64,000 nt of DNA from Thermoplasmatota archaeon (GCA_965234725.1 CBDDUX010000003.1:79047-143046); one strand, 5' to 3'; counted from the first letter of the stretch, positions 49,449 through 59,972 are shown. The notes: generated by a model not told the origin, from the sequence alone. A program made the numbers and translations.

Positions 49449-52016
49449 TCAAGAAGTTGGATCTTGAGGAGGTTGGTATTGTGGAGTTACAGGACCTGGT
49501 TGTGCTTGCATTCCCGCCTGATCCGGTTGTGTATAATCTGGTTGAGGTGTGGACTCTTCAACTTGAGGTCCCGACACTTGCTGGGTGGTTGTTGTATCTT
49601 CTGATCTTGAGGTGCTTCCATACAAGTCATCGTATGTGAGATGATGCTCTTCATGGTCTCCTGAATGAGCATCGATCGTTGAAATGGGGACATCCGTGTA
49701 TTGAGACATCATCTCCCTTCTTTCCCGTATCAATCTTTCCTCCCTCTCTGAATCACTTTCCTCTAAGATAGGGATATCAGTCTCTTCTTTCTCCATTTCC
49801 TTCTTTTTATTTGATTGAACAACGGCGATAATAACAATAATCACCATGATGATGATCACAACAAGGGCAAGTAAGATCCAAATAACAGCATTTCCCCCCG
49901 GGTCACTTGATGATTCCTCTGCTGGGATCTGAACGAATATCACCAATGATCTGGGTCCTTCACCCTTTTCATTTACAGCAGTGATACTATAATAATAACC
50001 GACTCCCGGCTTAACTCCTTCATCCACGAAATCCACACCAGGATCAAGTTCCATGATAAAGGTGAGATTATCCCTTTGCAGTCCTCTGTATATCCTATAT
50101 GAAGATATCTCACTCCCACCGTTACTTGTGGGTCCCGTCCAAGTGATGACAATCGTTCCGTTCTTTGTATCTAGAACACCCACAGTATTCTTTGTGTCCA
50201 GGGGTGGTCCTTTTGGCATGATCTCAACGATCTCTGTGCTGTTACCCTCCAACTCAACATTGAACGCTGAGATCCTGTAATAATAGGTATTTCCATTCTT
50301 GAGGTTCGTATCATTATAGAATGTCTGCATTCCCACAACGGTTGCTACCACTGTTAGGGTTTCTCTTTCAGTTCCTCGGAAGATCTTGAAACCTTCGATT
50401 ACACGTCCGCCAAAGAAGATTGGCTGATCCCAGGTAAGTTGGGCTGATCCGATATCTGCTACCACATTGAAATTTAGTGGAACGGTGGGTCTCCCAAAAG
50501 GTCTTCCAACAAGGGTTGGTGTTGCCAATCCCTCTCCTATTCTGGACACGATCGTCATTTCGTAGTAGTAAACGGATCCGACAACAACATCCTCATCATA
50601 AAATTGATTCTGGCCATAAGAGAGATTTTTGTATAATTCAAGGTTATCCTCTGAGGAACCCCTGTAAATAAGGATCTCATCATAATCATATTCACCGCTA
50701 TAATCTGGTTTTGTCCAGGATAGTTTCACCTGACCTTCCAGATCTATGATCCTGAAGTTTTCAGGTACCTTTGGCAGTGGTTCTGGCCTTATAAGGTCGG
50801 TTATGGACCCCGGACCTTCCCCTTCGTCATTATACGCCCTTACCTGGAAATAGTGGATCAGATTGTTCTCAAGCCCGGTCAAGGTATATTCAAGTACATC
50901 ACCCGCATCACCACCAAGGGCCATTTCCTCTCCGTGTTTGTTGAAATATATGTTGTATCCCAGGATAGGTGTTCCGCCGTCCTCTTCAGGGGCCTCCCAG
51001 GAAATGGTCACCTCCATATTTCCAGGTTCCAATGTCATGTTCAGAGGCCTCCCAGGTGTGCCCAAAGGAGTTTCCATTGTTGCTGAGGCGAGGTCACTTT
51101 CACCCTCGGAGTTGAATGCAGTTACTGAAAAATAGTATGATTGGCCATTTTCAAGTTCATTTTCCGTAAACGTATTCTCTGATCCTATGGTTGCCACATG
51201 TTCCAATGAGTTAAGGTCTATTCCACGATAGATCCTATGTCCCTGGATCATTGCACCGCCATCTTTCTCAGACAGATTCCATCTGAGGACAACCTTACTA
51301 TCACCCTTTTCGGAGGTCAGATTGTAAGGAGCGGTCGGAACGGTTCGGGGAGTGATCATTCTCACATTGGTCTTTTTACCATCACCAGCAGCGGTGACGG
51401 CACATACTTGATAATAATATGCTATACCATTCTTTAAGCCATGATCAGTGTATGTCGTATCCATGCTTACATTGATCCTGATATCAATATGGTCATCATC
51501 CATACCCTTGAATACAGAATAATAAGTGATAGGTGACCCATTGGCATCATTTGGAGCCTTCCAATCTAAATGAACAGTTTCCGACTCATAAGAAGAAGTA
51601 AAATTCATGGGCGCAGAGGCAGGTCCCCTGGGTACAACAGGGATCGGAGTGGATGGATCACTTGATCCGGAATCATTGATGGACCTAACGCTGTAATAAT
51701 ACGTTTGCCCATTGACAACGGGATCATCAGTATATGTCTGTTCGAATGGACCCAGACTAGCAATTATGTTTGTAACAGACCCGGGGTCAGGACCCTTTAA
51801 CACCGTGAACCCTACTAGATCGTTCCCTGTGAAACCAAGTGGGAAATCCCAATCCAATTTTACCATCTTGTCCTGTGGTGTTGCCGTGACATTTTCCGGG
51901 GGAGGTGGTAGAGATTCCCTGGAAGGAGTGGAAACTGCCGGAATAATGGCAGTGGTTACTAAAATCAGCATACAAGCGATGATCATGTTGTATCTATTTC
52001 TCATAGATCTCACCAT
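49449..52016 (-). CDS. Cell-surface protein with seven fibronectin type III domains, TM anchor and cytoplasmic tail
   Basis: Repeated P..P.N, L.W..P..GG..I.GY.IYRG, L.NG..YYY.V.A.N..GEG. Confidence 0.93.
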   Translation of the reverse strand: MVRSMRNRYNMIIACMLILVTTAIIPAVSTPSRESLPPPPENVTATPQDKMVKLDWDFPLGFTGNDLVGFTVLKGPDPGSVTNIIASLGPFEQTYTDDPVVNGQTYYYSVRSINDSGSSDPSTPIPVVPRGPASAPMNFTSSYESETVHLDWKAPNDANGSPITYYSVFKGMDDDHIDIRINVSMDTTYTDHGLKNGIAYYYQVCAVTAAGDGKKTNVRMITPRTVPTAPYNLTSEKGDSKVVLRWNLSEKDGGAMIQGHRIYRGIDLNSLEHVATIGSENTFTENELENGQSYYFSVTAFNSEGESDLASATMETPLGTPGRPLNMTLEPGNMEVTISWEAPEEDGGTPILGYNIYFNKHGEEMALGGDAGDVLEYTLTGLENNLIHYFQVRAYNDEGEGPGSITDLIRPEPLPKVPENFRIIDLEGQVKLSWTKPDYSGEYDYDEILIYRGSSEDNLELYKNLSYGQNQFYDEDVVVGSVYYYEMTIVSRIGEGLATPTLVGRPFGRPTVPLNFNVVADIGSAQLTWDQPIFFGGRVIEGFKIFRGTERETLTVVATVVGMQTFYNDTNLKNGNTYYYRISAFNVELEGNSTEIVEIMPKGPPLDTKNTVGVLDTKNGTIVITWTGPTSNGGSEISSYRIYRGLQRDNLTFIMELDPGVDFVDEGVKPGVGYYYSITAVNEKGEGPRSLVIFVQIPAEESSSDPGGNAVIWILLALVVIIIMVIIVIIAVVQSNKKKEMEKEETDIPILEESDSEREERLIRERREMMSQYTDVPISTIDAHSGDHEEHHLTYDDLYGSTSRSEDTTTTQQVSGPQVEESTPQPDYTQPDQAGMQAQPGPVTPQYQPPQDPTS

Positions 52017-52299
52017 CCTTACCGTAAGTGAACCGTTGGGTGAACATGAATACCTACGGACCTCTATCTGGTTACCCCTAAGGGCATGGTAAAATCTGCG
52101 GGCTAAGTCTTAAGGTTTTTGTATATTGACAGGATATGGGATACTTTTTCCAGTGTTTTTGAAAGAAAATGGATAGGCCCTCTTGAATTTCAATATCGAT
52201 GAACAATTTATTATGCATATTCTACAGTAATACATTGTACCTTGCGGTGTCTGGACAGGACCGTTAATTCGATATATTAAAAGATCATCCTTGGGATGA

Positions 52300-53880
52300 G
52301 TGATCGCCGGAAAAACAATTCCTTTTAAAGAGAAAAGACCGTTCAATCATCTGAAGCAACCGATCGATCGGACAGTCCTGGCCTTATCGGCAATTCTCCT
52401 TATGATAGCAATTCTACCCAGAATATTCCTTCCAGGGCATGATATATCTCCCAATGGTGTTGATGAAGGTATTCAGATAATGGCTGGAAGAATGATGGGG
52501 TACGGTTATGACCTCTACGACCAGATCAACAGTGTTCAACCTCCCGGAATGCTTTTGATATATGGTTTGATCGACAATTCCCCTTCCTTTTTCAGGCTCC
52601 TCTCATCCATGGCCTCAATATTGATCATTGGGATCGTTATGTTCGCATCCGGCAAAGCTGGAGGTTGGAAGTCAATGATAGCTTCCGGATCCTTTATGAT
52701 GATAGACATAATGTTCCTTCTGGAGTCACGACTTGCCTCTCTGGATATGTTCTGCTTATTCTGGTCAGTAATAGGCATTGCATTGCTGATCGCTTATAGA
52801 GAGACGGGCAACAGAGGAATATTGGCAATGTCCGGTTTGATGATAGGGATCTCCTCTATGGTAAAACTTTTCGGAGTGATCACATTCGGGGCTGTGGGTA
52901 TAATTCTCCTCTTGGACCTTGTGAAGCATAAATGGAGTCCAATACCTTTTATAAATTCTTTAAAGCTCCCACGAAGAGGGGATCACAATATCGGTTTTTC
53001 GGATCTTGTCATATTTTCATCAGGCTTTTTTACGGTCATTATTGGAATCATGATATATTTTGGTCCGATGGAGGTCATAAACGGCACTATTCTGAACCAG
53101 ATGCACAGACCTATCGCACCTGTTTCAATGAAGTTTTCTCAGTTCCTCAAATATTTCCTGCCGGTTGTTCCAACAATGTTCTTCTTCTTCATAGGCGTGA
53201 AGGACCTATATAAGAGGAGAGAAGGTGTCGTAGTCATCATCGGATCTATCTTCTTAGTATATTTTCTGATGCAGGCAATGACATTCGATCATCATCTGAT
53301 CTTTCTTTCTCCAATGTTGGCACTTGGAGCTGGATTGGGGACAAAGAGATTCCTTAACAAACTAAGTAAATTTGGTCATCCTGGATTAATTGCATTAGCA
53401 AGGATCGCGCCTGTCCTTTTGATAATTGCTGCATCCTCCGTGGGTTCCGGTTTGATACTGCATGTTCATTATAGAGGTGAACCTGCTCAGGAAAAGATTG
53501 CCAGATTCGTCGAGGAAATAACTCTCCCGGATGCATTTATTATATCTGGAGACCCACTTATTCCTGTCCTAGCTAATAGAAAAGTACCTCCATCGATCGT
53601 GAATGTGGCAAAGATACAATATCCTGATATTACATCCGACCAGTTGAATGGATCCCTTATCGAATATGGTGTAGAGGTCGTAATTATTACCTATCACCTT
53701 TCTGAGATGGAAGGGTTCAATTTATTCGTTAGTGAGAACTTCAATCTCAGAGCTCATATAGCTGACAGACAAAATCCGATCTCAGATGATACTGTTTATT
53801 ACAAGATCTTTGTAATCAAAGACTCTTCTGAACTGGTCTTATCCCCAGATTGGAGATCAAAGATCGTCATACTGAAATAG
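52300..53880 (+). CDS. ArnT/PMT-like (GT-C) membrane glycosyltransferase
   Basis: DEG, Y.....QPP, SR.A.LD, MVK; polytopic. Confidence 0.75.
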   Translation: MIAGKTIPFKEKRPFNHLKQPIDRTVLALSAILLMIAILPRIFLPGHDISPNGVDEGIQIMAGRMMGYGYDLYDQINSVQPPGMLLIYGLIDNSPSFFRLLSSMASILIIGIVMFASGKAGGWKSMIASGSFMMIDIMFLLESRLASLDMFCLFWSVIGIALLIAYRETGNRGILAMSGLMIGISSMVKLFGVITFGAVGIILLLDLVKHKWSPIPFINSLKLPRRGDHNIGFSDLVIFSSGFFTVIIGIMIYFGPMEVINGTILNQMHRPIAPVSMKFSQFLKYFLPVVPTMFFFFIGVKDLYKRREGVVVIIGSIFLVYFLMQAMTFDHHLIFLSPMLALGAGLGTKRFLNKLSKFGHPGLIALARIAPVLLIIAASSVGSGLILHVHYRGEPAQEKIARFVEEITLPDAFIISGDPLIPVLANRKVPPSIVNVAKIQYPDITSDQLNGSLIEYGVEVVIITYHLSEMEGFNLFVSENFNLRAHIADRQNPISDDTVYYKIFVIKDSSELVLSPDWRSKIVILK

Positions 53881-53949
53881 GGTTCCTATCGGCATATTGG
53901 AATTCAGAAAGTTTTTCTATTTCACATCAGTTAATAGAGTGGGGATGAA

Positions 53950-54621
53950 TTGAAAGAAGTAAGTGCCAATAATAATAAGAAAGAGAGCATGACAAAGGAA
54001 AGGAATGATCTTATAGATAGTGGTGATCGAATAATGACCAAAAAAAACTACCTTAAGGCACTTTCTTGTTTTGAGGAAGTTACGGATCTGGATCCAACTT
54101 ATAGAACAGGATGGTTGCGTAAAGGTGATGCTTTAAGATCATTGAGAAGGTTCAAAGAATCTATCAATGCATACGATCATGCTTTGGTCCTTGACCCAGA
54201 AATGGCTTTGGCCCTTGAAAGGAAATGAATGGCGTTCATGATGCTGAAGGAGTATTCTGAAGCCCTAACTTGTTTTGTTGACTCTTTGAAGATCTCACCC
54301 AATAACAGGGAGACCTGGTACCTAAATGGTCTTGCAAATCCATGTCTGGGTAATTTAAAAGATTCTCTTGATTGCTTCAACCATGCATTGCATATCGACC
54401 CCATGGACAAGGTATCTTGGAAGGGGAAAGCAGATGTACTTTTTTTTATGAGTAGATTTGAGGATTCACAAAAAGCTGTGCAAAAAGCTCTGGATATCGA
54501 TCCATTATATTCAAAGGCCCTGAAATTGAAAGGATCGATCACTATTGAAATGGAAATGGTGGAAGGATCATCCAATGAAAATCTTGAGGAACTCGATGAG
54601 TTGGAAGAATTCAACAGTTGA
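53950..54621 (+). pseudogene. TPR protein interrupted by an in-frame TGA (54226-54228)
   Basis: ORFs 53950-54228 and 54229-54621 share a frame; the stop falls where the TPR consensus has K-G. Confidence 0.7.
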
Positions 54622-54623
54622 TC

Positions 54624-55331
54624 TCATTCTTCAATACCTGGCTCCAGATGGACCAGGTCTAAAACGAGCTCATATGAATTGCCAGGATCGTTAAGACCTA
54701 CCAAACCGATCCCTATTGATGGTGTCCAGTCACCTGCATTTATCAAAGTGACCTCGATGGTGAAATTGCCATTTCTGAAACTGCCCTGGATCTCAGAGTT
54801 ATTCAACTCATGGCTACCGGTCAATGTCCCACTGCTTCCGTCCGATATTGCAAGAACGGTAGAATTTCCTTCAGGGGATAGGACCCTCACAGAAAACTCA
54901 TCCGGTTGATTATCATATCTTCTCAACCTTGGTCTTCCAGGAGGATCTGTATCATCCTTCCATGTTAATCGGTAACTGAAGGATTTCAGGACCCTTTCCT
55001 CAGTATTTTCAATGGTCATCTGGGATGAACTACCTTCGTTGAGATCGCCTGGCATGTTGGATTTTGTTTGGATCTCAACAAAATCCCTTAACTCCCTTGG
55101 AAGGTCTTTTCCCGAGTTTCCACTAGAGCCTATAATGCTCAATATTTCAGCTTTCCCAAGCATGTTGGTCCCAGCTTCTGCATTGAACACCAGATAAGTG
55201 AGGCCAATAACAAGGAAAACAGACACCCAGGAAGTGATCTTCTTGTTCTTCACGAATATGAGCTCATTGATGTTGTGGATGATTTCTCCAATATTCGACA
55301 TATTCAGGGTTGTTTTCCCAGCCATGCTCAT
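54624..55331 (-). CDS. Membrane-anchored hypothetical protein with beta domain similar to the CPBP C-terminal domain
   Basis: One TM; LTWKDD...NQPDEFS...AGD..P...DPGN. Confidence 0.7.
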   Translation of the reverse strand: MSMAGKTTLNMSNIGEIIHNINELIFVKNKKITSWVSVFLVIGLTYLVFNAEAGTNMLGKAEILSIIGSSGNSGKDLPRELRDFVEIQTKSNMPGDLNEGSSSQMTIENTEERVLKSFSYRLTWKDDTDPPGRPRLRRYDNQPDEFSVRVLSPEGNSTVLAISDGSSGTLTGSHELNNSEIQGSFRNGNFTIEVTLINAGDWTPSIGIGLVGLNDPGNSYELVLDLVHLEPGIEE

Positions 55332-55478
55332 ACCTAATGAGAGTTAGGGCTGGATTCATATTATATTTTGTGGTTAGAGGATGGGGAATTTCTCATCAAT
55401 GGTTTTATCCAAGGACTGGTTCGGATAGGTTTTTCTATTAAATCAGCCTTCCATATTCGTTGATGGGGTGAGACCTTC

Positions 55479-56030
55479 ATGGACATTATACTGATGATCC
55501 TTATTGGGTTCGTACTGCTCGCTGCCGTGATTGCCATAATTTGGTTCATCTCGAGACAGCAAAGAAAGCAGGTGGAGGCGATTGAAGAGGAACCGAGGAG
55601 AAGGGGAAGAGAAGAGTTCATTCCCTTTGATGAAGAGGCTGCAGAGGTACTTCAGAGAAGGATCGTAAGGTGCTCAAAATGTGAGGAAGAGGTTAGTCCT
55701 TTCGATGAGGAGTGTCCCCATTGCGGAGCAAGATTATCAGTGGGCATCTATGAATGCTCCGCCTGTGGAAGGGAAGTGGATCCAAGAGATAAGGAATGCC
55801 CTCATTGTGGAGAGAATCTACTTCCAGAACCCTATGTGTGCCCGAATTGTAACAAACCTGTCGAAGCGGATGCCAACAAATGTGATAGTTGTGGTTCAAG
55901 ATTCTGGAGCCCTATATTGCTAGAAGAGGTGACCCAGAAGAAAAAGAAATGGAAAGAAGAACCGGAACAGATCCCCTCTGAAGATCAGGATGCCGATAGA
56001 CGACCTATCAGAAGAAGGTCTTTAAGGTAG
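55479..56030 (+). CDS. Membrane-anchored multi zinc-ribbon (DZR-type) protein
   Basis: N-terminal TM; six CxxC motifs forming three ribbons. Confidence 0.85.
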   Translation: MDIILMILIGFVLLAAVIAIIWFISRQQRKQVEAIEEEPRRRGREEFIPFDEEAAEVLQRRIVRCSKCEEEVSPFDEECPHCGARLSVGIYECSACGREVDPRDKECPHCGENLLPEPYVCPNCNKPVEADANKCDSCGSRFWSPILLEEVTQKKKKWKEEPEQIPSEDQDADRRPIRRRSLR

Positions 56031-56100
56031 ATTGAGATCTAAAATACCCATAATCATCATTCTTAACTATGCGAATAGGTCTTTCGCTAATGGGTCAGAA

Positions 56101-57135
56101 TTAAGATCTTATCTTTATATCAAATGCCATCATGGATTGGGATGGGGAATAATTATGCACTTCCCTTACCCCAGCTGTTTCAAGATCCTTACCTATGGAT
56201 CTACCGACATCCAAGATCGAATGTATGTGTTCCAATATCTTTCCTTCATCAACAATGGAATAAAGATGTATCATACCTTCTTCCATAAGATCAAGTGCAA
56301 CATCAAGATAATCCTTTGCACCATGTGGCAAGTTCATTATTATTCGATCGAATGGACCCATTCCCTGAGGAGCTTCTCTGGCATCTCCTAAGAAGACATC
56401 AACAGTATCCTCCAGGGAATTTAGTCTAATATTGTTCTTAAAAAAATCGACGCAGTCGGGATTAAGATCTATTCCGATCACCTCCTCAGGATCACCATGT
56501 CTTGCAATAGTAATTGAAAAAGGTCCTACACCTGCAAACATGTCCAATATCCTCCCATTTTCTGTTAGTTGGGCGATCCGCATTCTTTCTGATGCTAGTC
56601 TCGGGGAAAAATAGACCTTTCCTGGATCCAATCTGAATCTGAGGTTATTCTCAACATGGACCGTTTCAAGATCATCAGAACCGGAAATGACCTCGAGGTC
56701 CCTGATGCGAAATTCCCCCCTTACTCCCATATCAAGTGCCACGGTTCTTAAATTGCGTTTTGTCTCCATAAGGGCATTTCCTATACGATCCCTATATGGA
56801 AGTAAAGGGTCAGGAAGTTTTATGATGCAAATATCTCCGATGACATCAAAAGAAGATGGAAGCATTTCCTGAAGCTCCCTATCTAGGTCCAATAAGTCCT
56901 TGTAGGTCCTTGGAGGTCTTTCGACAAGTTCAAGATCATCAGTAATTATGACACCTACTTTCTCCAGACTGGTACGATCTCCTTCAATTTTTAGTGGTAA
57001 TAAGACTGATCCATCTATCGCTTTAACCTTCAATTCAAGATTTAGAAGTCCTCTCCTTAGAAGTTCCCGACGTACTTTTTCAGCTTCACTTCTTTTCACC
57101 TTTAAACAGTCCGATTCCATCAAAGGGTCTAACAA
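56101..57135 (-). CDS. Trm5/TYW2 (Met-10+-like) tRNA methyltransferase
   Basis: SFDVIGDI, T.H.EN, KVYFSPRL.SER, DMFAGVGPFSI, DLNP, RIIMNLP. Confidence 0.92.
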   Translation of the reverse strand: MLDPLMESDCLKVKRSEAEKVRRELLRRGLLNLELKVKAIDGSVLLPLKIEGDRTSLEKVGVIITDDLELVERPPRTYKDLLDLDRELQEMLPSSFDVIGDICIIKLPDPLLPYRDRIGNALMETKRNLRTVALDMGVRGEFRIRDLEVISGSDDLETVHVENNLRFRLDPGKVYFSPRLASERMRIAQLTENGRILDMFAGVGPFSITIARHGDPEEVIGIDLNPDCVDFFKNNIRLNSLEDTVDVFLGDAREAPQGMGPFDRIIMNLPHGAKDYLDVALDLMEEGMIHLYSIVDEGKILEHIHSILDVGRSIGKDLETAGVREVHNYSPSQSMMAFDIKIRS

Positions 57136-57177
57136 TTATCAATATTTAATCTGATAGGATATTTTTCATTCCAATTG

Positions 57178-57579
57178 TTACAGATCGCCTTTTGTAATGA
57201 GGCCATCTTCTGGAAGGGGCTCATCATCCAATTCTTCATCATATGTCCAATTCGGATCTTCTACCCATTCGACCTTTTTTATCATGAATTTCCTAAATAG
57301 AATTACTGATATCACAGTCACAAGAGCCATGAAAAGGAGTATAAAAATGACAAGAAACAGATTGAAAATATCGAAAACCCCTTTATCTGAAGTAGGATCC
57401 GTATCAATGCCAGGTTCTGTCAATGGGCCTTCATCTGTGGTGGAATTTTCAATCACCTCAACTTTTGTTGATCCAACTGAAATATATCCATGAATTGTTG
57501 ATACCTCAGAAAGTACAGGGGTCGAATAAGAAAATAATGCGATCAAAGAGACCATAATGACACTTTTTATTAAAGACAA
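57178..57579 (-). CDS. Small single-pass membrane protein
   Basis: Signal-like N-terminus, one TM, acidic tail; TTG start. Confidence 0.55.
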   Translation of the reverse strand: MSLIKSVIMVSLIALFSYSTPVLSEVSTIHGYISVGSTKVEVIENSTTDEGPLTEPGIDTDPTSDKGVFDIFNLFLVIFILLFMALVTVISVILFRKFMIKKVEWVEDPNWTYDEELDDEPLPEDGLITKGDL

Positions 57580-58013
57580 TCCAATACCTCTGGGTTGATA
57601 TAATAAAATATCTTGATAACTATTATATCTTTTTCTATTTTGATATTTATCTAAAAGATAAGAACGACTATTTTAAAAAATTTTCTTGAGGATAATATGA
57701 TACCTGTTAAGGTCTTATTCCTATTCCCCGACTTCATATATGTATTATAATGCCAATGTATTAAGAACAATAAAATTTCATAAATATATGTAAAAATCCG
57801 AATATTAGGCATAATATTTTAGAAAAACTTAACAAATATATTCATATTATCATATTTCCTAAAGAATATTATGATTAATGTTACATCTTAACATAATGTA
57901 CATATTATACACTTCATGACGAATATGAAATGGATAATATATAGCAATGATTATGAGGAATATTAGATTGCAAATAGTGACATTTTATATAGCTATATGA
58001 TTATAACTATGCT

Positions 58014-59186
58014 ATGGAAAAAAATAAAAAAAATAGAAAAGAATCAGAAATGATAAAAAACTTCACGAATACGTGTAGAACAATGTCTACCAAAAGAATG
58101 TATAGAAGATCTGTTGAGATCTTCCTATATCATATCTATGATCATGATCAAGATAAAGATCCTGAATTCCTGGTAAAAAAATATTTGAAGGCAAAAAGAA
58201 ATCATAGGAATGATTTGATCTCATTTATCAATTATTTAGAAGAACAGAATTATTCTCCAAAGACAGTGAATTTATATTTAGTTGGAGTAAAAGAATTTCT
58301 TTTCTATTATAATATTGAATTCACTCAATCTGATTTGAAGGTCATTAAACGGAGAAAACCAAAGTCTGTCAATATCAATAGGGATTTGCCAGTCACACCA
58401 GAAATTTTACACACAATTATTGATCATTTCAATGGTATCCAAGGAAAGGCCCTAACACTGTTCCTGGCTTCTTCAGGTTGCAGGATTAATGAAGCCCTAT
58501 CTATTACCATAAAAGATATAGATCTCTCTCAGAATCCACCTAGAATCTATCTACGTGGATTAATCACAAAGAATCAATGTAATAGAACCACTTTCATTAG
58601 TAATGAAGCAAAAGAAGCCCTTGGAAAATGGTTAGATCTAAGAGAATCTTATATTGAGAAGAAAGTGAAGAATTACAAACATTTAAAAATTAATCCGGTT
58701 AATGATCATGTATTTCCTTATAATGAGAGAACTGCCCATTCTCTATGGAATACTGCCCTCAAAAGATCTGGTTTAGATAAAGAGAAGGATCATGGAACAG
58801 GCAGATTTCTTTATACCTTTCATGGTCTGAGAAGATTCTTCAAATCACAACTTACAGGTCACCTGGAATCTGAAATTGTTGAAAGATTACTTGGCCATGA
58901 GGGATATCTAAATGGATCATATTTTAGGATCTCTGAAAATGAAATGGCAGAAAAATATCTTGAAGTAGAGAATAGATTGGAAACCAAATCACTCTTGAAA
59001 AATGCCTCAAGAGTCAAAGAATTAGAAACAAGAGTGGATATTCTCCAATCAAGAAATGACGGATTAGAAAATATTGTGAATTCACTGAAAAATCAAAATA
59101 ATGATCTAATGAAAATGTTCATTGAATTCAAAGAATTCCATGGTATTCCAGATAATCCTATTATCATAGGTAAAAAATCAGATTAA
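58014..59186 (+). CDS. Tyrosine recombinase/integrase with C-terminal coiled coil
   Basis: SPKT..., SGCRINEAL (R), TKN (K), HGLRRFF (HxxR), LLGH, GSY (Y). Confidence 0.95.
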   Translation: MEKNKKNRKESEMIKNFTNTCRTMSTKRMYRRSVEIFLYHIYDHDQDKDPEFLVKKYLKAKRNHRNDLISFINYLEEQNYSPKTVNLYLVGVKEFLFYYNIEFTQSDLKVIKRRKPKSVNINRDLPVTPEILHTIIDHFNGIQGKALTLFLASSGCRINEALSITIKDIDLSQNPPRIYLRGLITKNQCNRTTFISNEAKEALGKWLDLRESYIEKKVKNYKHLKINPVNDHVFPYNERTAHSLWNTALKRSGLDKEKDHGTGRFLYTFHGLRRFFKSQLTGHLESEIVERLLGHEGYLNGSYFRISENEMAEKYLEVENRLETKSLLKNASRVKELETRVDILQSRNDGLENIVNSLKNQNNDLMKMFIEFKEFHGIPDNPIIIGKKSD

Positions 59187-59503
59187 TATTTTGGTGAGAT
59201 CCTAACATTCAATCTGCCATATCCACTCATTAATCTACCATATATCTGGTTGACTTGTACTCCACCAATTGTCTTTTCCTCTCCAATATCCAATGGAAAA
59301 ATCTTTGGTTCATTTCCACTTGAAATTATTTTTATAGAAATTTGGTGTTTTTTGGATCTGTTTGTGATTGAGACACCATGGCATTTTATGAGATTATCTT
59401 CCAATATATACCAATCTTTTTTCCCTTTTATACCTGGTACTGAATGGTAGTGATTCTTATCAATGATTTTCATTGTCATTTTAATCCTTTTTCCTGACTT
59501 CAA
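59183..59503 (-). CDS. Hypothetical small beta-rich protein
   Basis: 106-aa ORF overlapping neighbours in an operon-like run; start uncertain. Confidence 0.6.
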   Translation of the reverse strand: MKSGKRIKMTMKIIDKNHYHSVPGIKGKKDWYILEDNLIKCHGVSITNRSKKHQISIKIISSGNEPKIFPLDIGEEKTIGGVQVNQIYGRLMSGYGRLNVRISPKY

Positions 59504-59669
59504 TTGTGCCTAATGTTAATTCTTTAAAAATAGGTAACAAGTGCAATAACATTTCTGATTCCTTTGATCCTTTTTTTGATTCTTTTTCAAGAATTGGTGT
59601 GGCCAGATCAAATGCAATAATTCTGATTTTCCTAAATTTTTCGGCCATTTTTTGTCTTCTTTCAAACAT
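59481..59669 (-). CDS. Hypothetical small protein
   Basis: 62-aa ORF, GAGGAGG SD-like sequence upstream. Confidence 0.5.
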   Translation of the reverse strand: MFERRQKMAEKFRKIRIIAFDLATPILEKESKKGSKESEMLLHLLPIFKELTLGTIEVRKKD

Positions 59670-59683
59670 TCATGAAACCCTCC

Positions 59684-59959
59684 TCAACTATAAATTTCAA
59701 TCAATAATTCAGTTTCGTTTCCTATAGTTTCAAGCAAATAATTTAGTTGAAGAAAAAATTCTGAATTTTCAAAAATGTGTGTTTCGTGAGGCCTTAACAG
59801 ATAATGAAAAATAGGCCAATGTGACCTATATGGATATATCCATACAGAGTTCTGACCCTCATTCTGGACCATGACACTACAATCTCTTTTTCCTTTGTTA
59901 TTGAAAATCCTGGAATCCAATGCTGTTGCAGTATCAATGGTATAAGATTCTTTAACCAT
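59684..59959 (-). CDS. Hypothetical small beta-rich protein
   Basis: GAGGGTG SD upstream; VQNEGQNSVWI motif. Confidence 0.65.
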   Translation of the reverse strand: MVKESYTIDTATALDSRIFNNKGKRDCSVMVQNEGQNSVWIYPYRSHWPIFHYLLRPHETHIFENSEFFLQLNYLLETIGNETELLIEIYS

Positions 59960-59972
59960 TTGAGATTCACCC

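Noticed and set aside
54226-54228. Selenocysteine codon
   Set aside because: The position corresponds to TPR Gly, not Cys, and no SECIS-like element was recognised
49092-59186. tRNA-Leu as the attachment site of the integrase element
   Set aside because: About 8.5 kb of host-like genes separate them, the element lies upstream of the tRNA, and no tRNA-Leu fragment is seen at the element boundary
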